Below, piece by piece: positions 27,934 through 38,291 of a stretch of DNA of 38,291 nt. The number at the start of each line of letters is the position of its first letter. The stretch's first letter is position 1. Below the pieces are notes generated by a model that worked only from the letters and a program-made list of their open reading frames with translations, was not told the origin of the DNA and searched no databases. Source of the DNA: Oligoflexia bacterium (GTDB lineage: Bacteria > Bdellovibrionota > Bdellovibrionia > JABDDW01); contig JAYTHU010000058.1 in assembly GCA_043732305.1 (NCBI GenBank), positions 1-38,291 on the forward strand. The letters are read 5' to 3'. A program made the position numbers and the translations under genes.

Positions 27934-29247
27934 ATGATACGCCCCAAGTTGAAAAACTTTGCACTCATTTTTCTGATTTTCAGCGCTGCCGTTGCTGGTA
28001 ATGCGGATCTTACAAAAAGAGAAGCGTTCGAAATTTTAAAAACAAATAGTTTTAAATGGCATCAGACCGAAATGCTAACGCAAGAATCTGCCGGTCTTAA
28101 AAAACAAGCAGAAGGCGCTGATTCTTTTCACCTTGGTTTTGTTAGTCGAGAATATTTGGCTCGTATCAATCAGGTGCAGTTTGGTTTTACTGAGACGGGA
28201 CCTTTAGGATTCATAAGTTTAGGCGAGACAGCCTTCCAATTCACCATGCCAATTATAGATAAGGTTTCTCTCGCTCGCCTTCAAGCCGCCATTGAAAATG
28301 AAAAAATGAGTGCTGCGACTCAGAAGCAATATCAATCGGATCTTACCTATTACATGTTACTCACATATTTAAACACTCAGCGACTGAAGCGAAAGACTCT
28401 GGTTGTAGACTCATATTTGACACGTGATTTGCAAATATTAAATATTGCTAAAACACGAGTGAGAGTCGGGCAGGGATTGCGAGTAGATCTATTGCGTGCT
28501 CAAGGTTTGTATGAAAAAGACGGTTTAAAGAGAATGGACGCTAACTCGTCCTACTTAAAATCCAAGCAAGATTTGGCGACAATCATCAGTAAAGCGAACA
28601 TAGAAGGGGATCTAGAGCCGCTAGAAATTCATACATTCATTTCTCCTCAATCAGCAGAAAGCCTCCTTAAGCATTTAGATTTGCGCCCTGACGTGCGTGC
28701 GGCCAGACAAATGGTATTGGTCACAGGCAATCTACAATCTGAAGCGGAAAAACAAACTCATCTAAAATTAGAACTCATGGGTCAAGTAGGGGTATTCGGA
28801 ACCACCATTTATGGCGGACAAAACAGTGCCGTCACTGGAACTATAGGCGTACAGCTTGCTTTCCCAATATTAGATGGTGGATATTTCTCCGGCAAAGTTC
28901 AGGAAGTAGCTGCAAAACATATGACCGCCAGTTTACAGGTGAATCAAGTCGAACTCGAAGCATCATCACAAATTAAAACCGCGTGCACACAATTGACTGA
29001 CGCAAGAACCGTTCTAGACGCATCTAAAACCTACAGCCATGTGGTTGAAGAAGAGTTTCGTTTAATATCAAATAGATATTCCAGTGGCGCAACCTCGGGA
29101 CTGGAACTCTCTAATGCCCACGTGAATATTTCTTCCGCTCAAGAATCAGAGACGGATGCCATTTTTACTTATGAAGTGGCCAAGGTGAACTATTACAAGT
29201 CAATAGGATCCTTCGACGAATATTTCATTCAGGAAAAGGTAAAATAA
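27934..29247 (+). CDS. TolC-family outer membrane efflux protein
   Basis: Signal peptide, OEP-like repeats (FPILDGG; RYSSGATSGLEL) and operon context. Confidence 0.85.
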   Translation: MIRPKLKNFALIFLIFSAAVAGNADLTKREAFEILKTNSFKWHQTEMLTQESAGLKKQAEGADSFHLGFVSREYLARINQVQFGFTETGPLGFISLGETAFQFTMPIIDKVSLARLQAAIENEKMSAATQKQYQSDLTYYMLLTYLNTQRLKRKTLVVDSYLTRDLQILNIAKTRVRVGQGLRVDLLRAQGLYEKDGLKRMDANSSYLKSKQDLATIISKANIEGDLEPLEIHTFISPQSAESLLKHLDLRPDVRAARQMVLVTGNLQSEAEKQTHLKLELMGQVGVFGTTIYGGQNSAVTGTIGVQLAFPILDGGYFSGKVQEVAAKHMTASLQVNQVELEASSQIKTACTQLTDARTVLDASKTYSHVVEEEFRLISNRYSSGATSGLELSNAHVNISSAQESETDAIFTYEVAKVNYYKSIGSFDEYFIQEKVK

Positions 29248-29248
29248 A

Positions 29249-30130
29249 ATGGATCAAGCGAGAGTTTTATTGCACGAGATCAAACCTGAAGAAGCGCCGG
29301 AACCCGCGAGAAATAATTTTCCATTGAAAAAGATTCTTATTTTCGCCATGCTCATCATGGCTGTTGGACTTGCATTCGTGCTTTCTTACTCCTGGTTTAT
29401 TTATTCCGCTTCGCATATTTCAACAGACAACGCTTTCATCGATTCAAACTTGTACCCTGTCAGCGGCAGAATTATGGGATATGTTAAAGAAGTTGTTGTA
29501 AGTGAAAATCAAGAAGTTAAAAAAGGGCAATTGTTAGCAGTTCTTGATGACACGGATTTTGGCGTGGAGCTGACTTTCAAGAAAGCAAAACTAGCCAAAG
29601 CTGTTGCTGATATGGGGCGCGCCAATCAACTTCTAAAATCTAGAGCCATTTCTCATTCTGATTTTGAACTAGCCGAAGCAAATCTCATTGCTAACCAAGC
29701 AGACTACGATGGCACTATGCTCAAATTGAAATACACCAAAGTCTTGGCTCCCGCGAATGGAATCATCGGCAAGAAGACCGTAGAGATTGGTCAGTTTATT
29801 CAGCCTGGCCAGGCCCTGTTTGTTATTGTCGCGAATGATTCTTTTTGGATAAAAGCCAATTACAAGGAAACTCAGCTCTCAAAAATAAAAATCGGTCAAA
29901 AAGTAGAAATCTTCATTGATGCCTTTCCCAAAGTAAAGTTTTACGGTCATGTGGATAGTATTTACCCTTCAAGTGGATCTAAACTCAGCCTTTTACCACC
30001 AGAAAATGCCACTGGAAATTTCACTAAAATTGTTCAACGTGTGCCTATCAAAATTGTTTTTGATGGAAAACAAAAATCTCAAGTTCGCTCAGGGATGTCA
30101 GCTTCCCCAACTATTATTGTGGAAGATTGA
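29249..30130 (+). CDS. EmrA/HlyD-family membrane fusion protein
   Basis: STDNAFI, ANYKETQL and SLLPPENATGNFTKIVQRVPIKI motifs. Confidence 0.93.
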   Translation: MDQARVLLHEIKPEEAPEPARNNFPLKKILIFAMLIMAVGLAFVLSYSWFIYSASHISTDNAFIDSNLYPVSGRIMGYVKEVVVSENQEVKKGQLLAVLDDTDFGVELTFKKAKLAKAVADMGRANQLLKSRAISHSDFELAEANLIANQADYDGTMLKLKYTKVLAPANGIIGKKTVEIGQFIQPGQALFVIVANDSFWIKANYKETQLSKIKIGQKVEIFIDAFPKVKFYGHVDSIYPSSGSKLSLLPPENATGNFTKIVQRVPIKIVFDGKQKSQVRSGMSASPTIIVED

Positions 30131-30132
30131 AA

Positions 30133-31734
30133 ATGAAAAAACAAACGCCAGCTCTTGAGCTAGCGCCAGAGGCTATGGCTCCCGATTGGGAGATGACGAC
30201 GCAAGATTGGTTTGCGGTGGTAGGTGCTTCGCTTGGAGCATTCATGGCGATATTAGATATTCAAATCACCAATGCCTCAGTCCGCGAAATTCAAGGCGCT
30301 CTAGGTTTGGACTTTTCCGAAAGTGGTTGGATTTCTACAGCGTATTTAATCGCCGAAATTATTATAATTCCACTTACGGCTTTTTTCTCTAAAGTCTTTG
30401 GCATGCGCCGTTATGCTTTATATAATTGTTTCTTTTTTATTCTTTCCTCCATATTTTGCGGGATGTCTTGGAATCTTCACTCGCTTATTTTCGCACGAGT
30501 GCTCCAAGGTCTTTCTGGTGGGACTCTCATTCCACTCGCGTTTCAAACACTCTTGCTCTACATGCCTCCGCATCGTAAGAACTTTGGTCTCGCCATATTA
30601 GGAATTATCGCGACTTTAGCACCAACGCTTGGTCCGTCCATTGGTGGTTGGTTGACGGACACATATAGCTGGCGGTCAATATTTCTGATCAATATATTTC
30701 CCGGTATTCTTATGATGGGAGCAATTCGTTACGGAATGCCCGACGCAAAAATTGCACTCGCAAGACTTCGTTTGATAGACAAGTGGGGAGCGATCACTCT
30801 TATTTTGGGTTTAGGGGCGCTCACTTACGTGCTTGAAGATGGCGCAAGGCTCGAATGGTTTGAAGATGATTCCATAAAAATTTGTTTTCTCATGGCATTA
30901 GTGATGATTCCGTCTTTCATTGCGACTCAAGTGTTAGGTAAAAATCCATTGTTGAATTTAAAACTTTTGGCGCAGAGAAATTTTGGATTTTCGGCGGTTA
31001 TCACCATGCTTGCAACGACAGCACTTTATGGTGGGGTTTACACACTCTCGCTTTATCTTGGGCAAATACAAGGTTACACGGCTCAGAATATTGGAAAAGT
31101 AATGATGTGGGTGGGATTGCCTCAGCTTTTGATTATGCCACTCATTCCGGCGCTTCTCAAACGGGTGGATGCGCGCATACTAGCGGTTATTGGCTTGAGC
31201 CTTTTTGCCTTTAGTAATTTTCTTAACACGCACTTGAATACAGATTATAGCGGCGATCAATTTATATTTTCTTTGGTGATCAGAGCCATCGGACAGCCTC
31301 TTTTTATTATTCCGCTGTCTTCGATTGGCATGGCCACTATCACCGCGTCTGAAGTGGCGAATGCGTCGTCAATTTATAATGTGTTGAGAAATTTAGGGGC
31401 GTCCCTGGGAATTGCTTTAGCTGGGACTTTTGCGATCAGTCGCCAAAACCTACATTTTCAAAGACATATGGACCAAATTGCAGCAACTGATTTTGCTTTT
31501 ATGGATCGATTGAGGTCGCTCCAACTTTATCTCATGTCACAAGGTGGCACGGATATGGTCCAGGCAAAAAATCAGGCGCTTGCTTTATTGATTGGTTTGT
31601 CTCACCGGGAATCACTCATCCAGGCATTCAGCGATGTGTTTTTGATCCTTTCGCTGGGTGTTGGCGCTTGCATTGTATTCACACTTTTTATTAAAAAAAT
31701 CAAGAATTTCTCCGCCGATCATTCAGTGCACTGA
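30133..31734 (+). CDS. DHA2 (EmrB/QacA) MFS efflux permease
   Basis: FMAILDIQITNAS, WISTAYL, RVLQG, APTLGP.IGGWLTD and RNLG motifs. Confidence 0.93.
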   Translation: MKKQTPALELAPEAMAPDWEMTTQDWFAVVGASLGAFMAILDIQITNASVREIQGALGLDFSESGWISTAYLIAEIIIIPLTAFFSKVFGMRRYALYNCFFFILSSIFCGMSWNLHSLIFARVLQGLSGGTLIPLAFQTLLLYMPPHRKNFGLAILGIIATLAPTLGPSIGGWLTDTYSWRSIFLINIFPGILMMGAIRYGMPDAKIALARLRLIDKWGAITLILGLGALTYVLEDGARLEWFEDDSIKICFLMALVMIPSFIATQVLGKNPLLNLKLLAQRNFGFSAVITMLATTALYGGVYTLSLYLGQIQGYTAQNIGKVMMWVGLPQLLIMPLIPALLKRVDARILAVIGLSLFAFSNFLNTHLNTDYSGDQFIFSLVIRAIGQPLFIIPLSSIGMATITASEVANASSIYNVLRNLGASLGIALAGTFAISRQNLHFQRHMDQIAATDFAFMDRLRSLQLYLMSQGGTDMVQAKNQALALLIGLSHRESLIQAFSDVFLILSLGVGACIVFTLFIKKIKNFSADHSVH

Positions 31735-31752
31735 TTTTGCGAACTGCGAATG

Positions 31753-32847
31753 TTATTTTTGATCTGGGTCAACTAAGTTTTGATCAGGCTCTGGCCATAG
31801 GCCCTTCCTCATGATGCCGACTGAATTAAATAAACTAATGGCAGCATTTCGGGTTTCGGTTTGAATTCCCTCGTTTTTGTCTAAATCCTCATGACTTGTG
31901 GCATACGGTTTCAAATATCCAATATATCTATCGAACACTGCCGAATCTCCGGCTTGCACCAGTTCCATGTCGTTGAGCCAATCAGTCAAAATTCTTCGAA
32001 GATTTTCCGTACCTGCGGCATCACCATGGACAATGACTGAAAAAACTCGGCCCTTTAAATGTTTGGGATAATCCCAGCCTTCGAGTTCGAGAGCTTTTGC
32101 TTTTTTTGGATCTTTTCCTCCAGTGGACGAGGGATCGGCGTTTCCACCATCGGCACAAACAAGACGATCAATCATAAGTTTAAGAACACTGGGTGCTTGG
32201 TACCAGGCGACTGGAGTGACAATCATAACTCCGTGTGCGGAAACCCACTTTTCATAAATCTCCGCCATCCAATCGCCAGCTTGATCACGCGCGTGATTGG
32301 GATAGCAGGAACATGGCCAGTGACAAAGAGCCATCGAAGTTGAAACGCAGGATTTGCAAGGATAAATCTTTTTCCCGTATTCTGAAGTTAAACCACTTAA
32401 ATCCAAAAATTCAATCTCGGTATTTTCATTTTTTGAGATGGCTTCTTCGGCAATTTTCGCCAAACGATAAGTCTTGGACATTTCACCTGGGCAAGTTTGA
32501 TCATTTCGAGAGGATGCACAGATGATTAAAATTTTATTCGGAGACGCAGGGTCTTTCTGTTTTTGCTCTGCCACTGCGAGTTTATTTTTAGTGGCGATCC
32601 ACTCAATAGCTGCTTCATATTCTGGATCAGCATGTCCGGGACCAATTTTTTCTGTCCGCGGGGATTTTCGATATTCTTTGTAACCATCCCATGCGATTTC
32701 CATTACTTTTTCTAATTCTGCGGAAACTTTGTCAAAAGCCGGGTCATAATAACGGGTCAAAAAACTCTCTCGGAATTCTTCTTTGGTGAGGACATGATCT
32801 TTTTGGCCCCTGCGTACATCAGAGGCTTTAGTTGTAAAAATACTCAT
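31753..32847 (-). CDS. Flavodoxin-family / iron-sulfur flavoprotein (FMN reductase-like)
   Basis: CKSCVSTSMALCHWPCSC Cys cluster and TPVAWYQAPSVLKLMIDRL motif. Confidence 0.85.
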   Translation of the reverse strand: MSIFTTKASDVRRGQKDHVLTKEEFRESFLTRYYDPAFDKVSAELEKVMEIAWDGYKEYRKSPRTEKIGPGHADPEYEAAIEWIATKNKLAVAEQKQKDPASPNKILIICASSRNDQTCPGEMSKTYRLAKIAEEAISKNENTEIEFLDLSGLTSEYGKKIYPCKSCVSTSMALCHWPCSCYPNHARDQAGDWMAEIYEKWVSAHGVMIVTPVAWYQAPSVLKLMIDRLVCADGGNADPSSTGGKDPKKAKALELEGWDYPKHLKGRVFSVIVHGDAAGTENLRRILTDWLNDMELVQAGDSAVFDRYIGYLKPYATSHEDLDKNEGIQTETRNAAISLFNSVGIMRKGLWPEPDQNLVDPDQK

Positions 32848-33265
32848 GAGATGAAACTAGGAGTAATGTCTCATTTGTGCAACTCAAATCATGGGATAGT
32901 AAACTAAGTTTATTGCATGTTGCAAATTCCAACTAAATTTAAACCTCAACGTGATCTGAATAGATTTCAACCAAACGTAAAAAATTCTAGTCTGCCGTTG
33001 CCAGTCCACCCAGAGAATCAAGCACGGGCACTAAGGGGAATATCAATTGCATTTACAAAATGAAAAACACACGATTGCACCATTTGACGATTTTAATTTT
33101 CCGCAAACCGCGGGCAACTCGTTTAAGTTGTCCCGTGACTAAAAATACTGTGGCAAAATCCCACACAAATCCTAATTTGCAAAAAAATAATTTTCTCACC
33201 TTTAAGCTGTCGCTTGCCGATGTTTGCGCGGAATGCTATATCTGATATCGGAGGATGGAGAATAT

Positions 33266-33712
33266 ATGAAATGCAAAAGTATTTTAGTGGCAGATGATAA
33301 CAAGGACATTCGAGACACACTTGTCGAGGCTTTGCTCGATGAGGGATATCAGGTCATTGGCGCAAGGGATGGTAAAGATGCTCTTGAAAAGCTAGAAAGT
33401 ATGCCCGCTCCAACATTGATTTTGCTAGATTTAATGATGCCCGTCATGAGTGGGTGGGAATTTTTAGATGCTCAAAAGAAAAATGTCAAATTTGCTTCTC
33501 ATCAGGTTGTTACTATTTCAGCTGTAAATCCAACTAAGACTTTAGAGAAAAGCGAACCTCTAGATGTGGCAAGCTCTTTACAGAAACCGATTTCATTTGG
33601 AAGCCTGTGGGAAAAAGTGCAGGAATATTGTGAAGTGCCAATTCCTAAGTCGGACGATTCGCTTTCAGGAAATCTAGGAGCGTTTGGAAATTCTCCTGAA
33701 ATTAATCTTTAA
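33266..33712 (+). CDS. Single-domain response regulator
   Basis: GGAG RBS precedes ATG 33266. ILVADD, LDLMMP and QKP motifs. Confidence 0.9.
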   Translation: MKCKSILVADDNKDIRDTLVEALLDEGYQVIGARDGKDALEKLESMPAPTLILLDLMMPVMSGWEFLDAQKKNVKFASHQVVTISAVNPTKTLEKSEPLDVASSLQKPISFGSLWEKVQEYCEVPIPKSDDSLSGNLGAFGNSPEINL

Positions 33713-33714
33713 AA

Positions 33715-34812
33715 ATGCGGTCGCTGGGTTGTCTCTATTTCTTTTTGGGGTTAGCACTCGCTTACTTTGCAAAAGCTGTTTTTATCCCTTTATTTCTTGC
33801 CGTGTTTTCGGCCATTTTGCTGGAACCTATTATTGCGAGGCTAGCTCATCGAAACATCTCTAGGCACTTAGCCACCATTCTGATCATTGTGATTTTTGTG
33901 GTGATATCCGCAGGTGCTCTTTGGTTAGGCTATATTTCATTTGCAAATTTGGCAGGTGGGATTTCGAGCTTTAAGAGCAAACTTGGACTCGCATCAGCTT
34001 GGTTTCAAGCTCACATGGAAAGATTTGACTTGTCTTATAGTTCTAACTTACTCTTAAAAAGTACGGCCGTTCCAATTCAGAAAGTGCAAATCGTAGAAAC
34101 ATATCCCTCATGGACGGGATATCTGATCAATGGAGCAGGATCTCTATTTCAAGTTATAGCCATCGCTATTTTTGTTCCACTGCTTCTATTTTATTTTCTG
34201 TATGACAAAGAGAATTTAGTGGAAAGTTTCAATGCAGTGATTGGAAAGTATTGTTACCTCCCTAAACTTAATTATGAACTTCCTAAAATGATTAGAACAT
34301 TTATTATGGGAAACATTCTTACGGTTTTAATTTTACTTTTCTGTCATGGCATAGTGCTTTATTTTTTAGGCTTCAACAATTGGATTCCGCTCACGGTGAT
34401 CAGTGCCGTCGTGGCCATGATTCCAATCGTAGGTTTACCAATTTCTATTTTACTTCCAATCACGCAAGGTCTCTCCGGACCGGAAAGCCTTTTCCCTTAC
34501 GTGACAATGATTGTTTCATTTCTAGTTTTTCAGTTGATAGCGAACAATCTCATACTGCCTCAGCTCATTGGTTCAAAAATAAATGTGAACACTGCGGCAC
34601 TTTTATTTGGTTTGTTATTTTGGGGATGGCTCTGGGGAGCTATGGGATTTATTTTAGCGGTTCCAATGACGGCGTTAGTTAAAATTATTTTGGAAAGCAA
34701 TCCTGAGACGGTTCCGCTTGCCAATCTCTTGGCGGCGAAACCTCGGCACATTCTTCCAGGATCAAACTATAAACATCGCGATCGCGGCTCCGAACATCAT
34801 AAGAATAGTTAG
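33715..34812 (+). CDS. AI-2E family transporter
   Basis: Multi-TM protein with IPIVG, NLILPQLIG and FWGWLWGAMGFILAVP motifs. Confidence 0.88.
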   Translation: MRSLGCLYFFLGLALAYFAKAVFIPLFLAVFSAILLEPIIARLAHRNISRHLATILIIVIFVVISAGALWLGYISFANLAGGISSFKSKLGLASAWFQAHMERFDLSYSSNLLLKSTAVPIQKVQIVETYPSWTGYLINGAGSLFQVIAIAIFVPLLLFYFLYDKENLVESFNAVIGKYCYLPKLNYELPKMIRTFIMGNILTVLILLFCHGIVLYFLGFNNWIPLTVISAVVAMIPIVGLPISILLPITQGLSGPESLFPYVTMIVSFLVFQLIANNLILPQLIGSKINVNTAALLFGLLFWGWLWGAMGFILAVPMTALVKIILESNPETVPLANLLAAKPRHILPGSNYKHRDRGSEHHKNS

Positions 34813-36039
34813 CCCGACCGTTATTCTTGAGAGCGTAGACGATGTATTGCCAAACATTATTTTTTTATCGACTGCAATAATGAGAATTCCGACGAGCAGA
34901 AATGGCGCAAGTAAACCATTGATGACTGCTGACCAGTAAAGTGCTTTTACCGGATTGATAGATGAGAAGTCCAATGCTACGGCCACTAGCGTAGAAATAA
35001 TTATCACTGCATAAAATGCGCGAGCTTTTCTCCATTTTTCATTCAGACCTTGGTTCCAACTGAAAGTGTCGGTGAGCGCATAAGCCGCTGATCCTGTCAG
35101 AGTAGGAATGGCTAGAAAACCTACACCCAATATTCCAAAGGTATATAGAAGATAGGCGAAATGACCTGCCAGAGGTTCCAGTGCCCTGGCCACCTGCTGA
35201 GATGTTTCAAGGTCCGTTACTCCATGCTTGTGCAGTGTTAGAGCCGTGGTGAGGATGATAAAAAACATAACGGCGTTTGAAAAAAGAGTTCCGGTTCCTA
35301 CGTCCAGTTTTCTTAAATAGATTTCTCGGGGTGTGGTTGTCGTTCGTTGCAAAATCGTTTTCTTGCCGCAAGCTTTTGCTTCCTCTACCTCGAGTGAGGA
35401 TTGCCAAAAAAACAAATAGGGACTGATGGTTGTTCCTAAAATAGCGACCACCGTGGCCCATGCGCCTGGTGTGTGCGGGACCGAAGGAATGAAGGAGTCA
35501 TGCAGGACTGTTTTCCAATTGGGTCCCAAGTAAAAAGCGGCGATGACATAAGCAAATAAAAATACACTGAGCCATTTTAAAACCCGCGCGATCTCGGGAT
35601 ATTTCCAGAAGACTGTGGCGAGAGATATAACAATCGCAAATAGAATTACAAAAAAGTGACTGTTGAGTCCTGTGAGCATTGCTGCGGCGTCAGCCATGGC
35701 GGCAAGATCAGCACCGACATTCAAAATATTTGCAATCACGAGCGAGAAACAAATCACAATCAAAACAGATTTGGGAAATTTTTTCTTGAATGCGGAAGCC
35801 AAACCTTCGCCGGTGACCATTCCGATGCGCGCACACATCATTTGAACGGCAGCCATAAGCGGCCAAGTGAGCCATGCTAACCAAAGCAGTGCAGAACCGA
35901 GTTGTGCGCCCGCAATTGAATAGGTTCCAATACCGGAAGGGTCGTCATCGGCTGCCCCGGTGATAAGTCCCGGCCCAAGAGCCTTTAGATACTCTTTGAT
36001 TTTTCCGTCTGTAGATGATTTTGGTTTAACCTGCTTCAT
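34762..36039 (-). CDS. NRAMP-family divalent metal transporter
   Basis: LGPGLITGAADDDPSGI and GTTISPYLFFWQ motifs. Confidence 0.9.
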   Translation of the reverse strand: MKQVKPKSSTDGKIKEYLKALGPGLITGAADDDPSGIGTYSIAGAQLGSALLWLAWLTWPLMAAVQMMCARIGMVTGEGLASAFKKKFPKSVLIVICFSLVIANILNVGADLAAMADAAAMLTGLNSHFFVILFAIVISLATVFWKYPEIARVLKWLSVFLFAYVIAAFYLGPNWKTVLHDSFIPSVPHTPGAWATVVAILGTTISPYLFFWQSSLEVEEAKACGKKTILQRTTTTPREIYLRKLDVGTGTLFSNAVMFFIILTTALTLHKHGVTDLETSQQVARALEPLAGHFAYLLYTFGILGVGFLAIPTLTGSAAYALTDTFSWNQGLNEKWRKARAFYAVIIISTLVAVALDFSSINPVKALYWSAVINGLLAPFLLVGILIIAVDKKIMFGNTSSTLSRITVGLTILMMFGAAIAMFIV

Positions 36040-36490
36040 AGTCGAAATGCTTGAGCATATCTTGAACTAAGGCAAGTAAGGTTTGTCCCGTTTCTTTTGC
36101 TTCGGGAGCCGCCGCACAGCATTCGAGATATTTGATCATTGGCAAAAAATCAATTTTGCGTTTGTTTTCTATCAACCATCCATGAAAATAATTTGTTGAA
36201 GATATCCAATCTGCGAGGGAAAACGGATAGCTGTTCACGTATCTTAAAAGCAATTCTAATATCTGATCACCATGGGGATAGGATTTTCCATGTTGATAGA
36301 TGAGCCGAGCAACAACAGTAAATTCGGCAGGAGACGAACTTGCCTTCGCAATGTTTTCCATTGTTTGCTGGTCTACTTTTAAAACTCCGAGGCTGTGACG
36401 GGCACTTTCTAAACTCTTAAACCATTCTTCTTCCGAATGTTGAGTTTTAAGACTCATGCGAGACGAAAGCTCATGAGGGTTAAATATCAT
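36026..36490 (-). CDS. Hypothetical protein
   Basis: 154-aa ORF that fills the gap exactly. It overlaps the metH stop (TAATG) and the NRAMP start. Confidence 0.65.
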   Translation of the reverse strand: MIFNPHELSSRMSLKTQHSEEEWFKSLESARHSLGVLKVDQQTMENIAKASSSPAEFTVVARLIYQHGKSYPHGDQILELLLRYVNSYPFSLADWISSTNYFHGWLIENKRKIDFLPMIKYLECCAAAPEAKETGQTLLALVQDMLKHFDYEAG

Positions 36491-38291
36491 TATGTTTTTT
36501 CCGGATCATAATCTAAGTTCGGAGCGAGCCATTTTTCGACCATAGTCACGGGCATGTCTTTTCTAATAGCATAATCTTCCACTTGATCGCGGCCGATATT
36601 TCCGACCTGAAAGTACTTGGACTTTGGATGAGAAAAGTAAAATCCAGAAACTGAACTTGGAGGGTTCATGGCAAAGTTTTCGGTGAGAGACACCCCGGTT
36701 TTGACTTCAGCATCTAAAAGTTCCCAGAGAAGTTTCTTTTCAGTGTGGTCTGGACAAGCTGGATATCCAGGAGCTGGACGAATGCCGCGATATTTTTCCG
36801 CCAACAGGTCTTCCCGAGAAAGTTTTTCGTCTAAGCCGAATCCCCATTGTTCCCGAATTTTTTTGTGTAGATATTCGGCGGAGGCCTCAGCGAATCTATC
36901 GCCCAAAGCTTTAACCATGATGGAAGAGTAATCGTCATTATTCAACGCAAATGTTCTAGCATACTCCTCAACTTCGACACCTGCGGTCACAACGAATCCT
37001 CCAACGTAATCGCGTTTGCCCAAATCTTTTGGTGCCACGTAATCGGCCAAACATAAATACCCACTAGGATCTTGAATTTTTTCTTTTTGCTGTCTCAAAA
37101 AATGCAAAGTTCTGAGAACTTTTGAAGCGCTTTCATCAGTGTACAGTTCAACGTCATCTCCCACACTGTTGGCCGGCCAGAACCCTACTTCAGCGCGAAG
37201 TTTAAAACGATTTTCGGAAATTATATATTTGAGCATTTTCTGCGCGTCGTTAAATAGTTCGGTGGCTTGCGTTCCCCATTTTTCGTGGGTAAGAATTTTG
37301 GGATAGATTCCTTTTAGTTCCCACGTCCAAAAAAATGGCGACCAATCAATAAACGGAGCAACATCCTCAAGTGGAATTTCCTCGAAAACTTGGCGTCCTA
37401 GTTTAAGAGGTTTTGCAATCTCAGTTTTTTGCCAATCTGTTTTGAAACTATGTTCCCTGGCAGTTTTAAGAGAAACCAATTTGGCGCGATTAGATAAAGT
37501 GTCATTGTAGCGGGTGCGTACCACTTCACTTTCGTTTTTCAGTTGCAGAGTATAGCTTTCTCGAGTGTTTGGATTGAGCAGTTGATTGCAAACTCCCACC
37601 ACAAGCGAAGCATCACCAACACGAGCCATCGGTCCATTGTAATGCTGAGCGATTTTAACTGCTGTGTGAATTTTGCTGGTAGTAGCGCCGCCAATTAAAA
37701 GTGGAACCGTGAATCCTTGTCGCTGCATCTCTTTAGCGTTGTGAATCATCTCGTCTAGTGAGGGGGTTATGAGACCGCTCATTCCAATGATATCGGCTTT
37801 ATGTTCACGCGCGGCTTCGAGTATTTTCTCACACGAGGCCATGACACCAAGATCAATCACTTCATACCCGTTGCATGCGAGGACCACGCCTACAATGTTT
37901 TTACCGATGTCATGGACATCGCCTTTGACAGTGGCGATTACAAAAACGCCATGCCTGCGGGCATTTTTATTTTTTGCTTTTTCTTCTTCCATGAAAGGAT
38001 TTAAATAAGCCACGGCTTTTTTCATGACTCGTGCGCTTTTCACCACTTGAGGTAAGAACATTTTTCCTTCGCCGAATAGTTCGCCAACAACTTTCATTCC
38101 ATCCATGAGAGGGCCTTCGATCACATCCAGTGGTGCCCCGTATTTTAAGCGCGCTTCTTCCGTGTCGATTTCAATGTGTGTGACAATCCCTTTCACCAAC
38201 GCGTGAGCCAAGCGAGATTCTAAACTTTCGCTTCTCCAAGCATCATCAACTTTTTCTGCTCGTTTGGAATCAGTTCCTTTGAGATTTTCGG
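36490..38291 (-). CDS. metH: B12-dependent methionine synthase, C-terminal part (runs off the window edge)
   Basis: [34 protein letters not shown] and [12 protein letters not shown] motifs. Confidence 0.97.
   Translation of the reverse strand, partial: ENLKGTDSKRAEKVDDAWRSESLESRLAHALVKGIVTHIEIDTEEARLKYGAPLDVIEGPLMDGMKVVGELFGEGKMFLPQVVKSARVMKKAVAYLNPFMEEEKAKNKNARRHGVFVIATVKGDVHDIGKNIVGVVLACNGYEVIDLGVMASCEKILEAAREHKADIIGMSGLITPSLDEMIHNAKEMQRQGFTVPLLIGGATTSKIHTAVKIAQHYNGPMARVGDASLVVGVCNQLLNPNTRESYTLQLKNESEVVRTRYNDTLSNRAKLVSLKTAREHSFKTDWQKTEIAKPLKLGRQVFEEIPLEDVAPFIDWSPFFWTWELKGIYPKILTHEKWGTQATELFNDAQKMLKYIISENRFKLRAEVGFWPANSVGDDVELYTDESASKVLRTLHFLRQQKEKIQDPSGYLCLADYVAPKDLGKRDYVGGFVVTAGVEVEEYARTFALNNDDYSSIMVKALGDRFAEASAEYLHKKIREQWGFGLDEKLSREDLLAEKYRGIRPAPGYPACPDHTEKKLLWELLDAEVKTGVSLTENFAMNPPSSVSGFYFSHPKSKYFQVGNIGRDQVEDYAIRKDMPVTMVEKWLAPNLDYDPEKT

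Overview
Bacterial chromosomal window. The gene content and R-x-x-A-S motifs suggest a Bdellovibrionota-like organism, but this is an inference. Left part (1-12.8 kb): a lipid A/LPS cluster (lpxB, lpxK, lpxL-type acyltransferase, DUF3108-like lipoprotein, GT9, three GT4s, epimerase, HddA-type GHMP kinase, queF), interrupted by a minus-strand lipoprotein-iscS-iscA unit. Middle (12.9-17.9 kb): an RluA-pseudouridine-synthase/rRNA-methyltransferase fusion split by a single in-frame TAA; a GC-rich, highly structured ~190-nt non-coding element directly upstream of a stand-alone NYN (LabA/DUF88) ribonuclease; an RDD protein; a Cys-rich duplicated-domain exported protein; and tRNA-Arg(UCG). Right (18-38 kb): an accessory-looking signalling region with an XRE HTH coupled to a bacteriophytochrome histidine kinase, a hybrid kinase, a decayed kinase pseudogene, a PAS kinase and response regulators. 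It is followed by a TolC-EmrA-EmrB efflux operon, an Fe-S flavoprotein, AI-2E and NRAMP transporters, and the 3' part of metH. The best candidate for an undescribed system is the structured RNA plus NYN nuclease module at 14630-15343, which may be an RNA-antitoxin/RNase pair.
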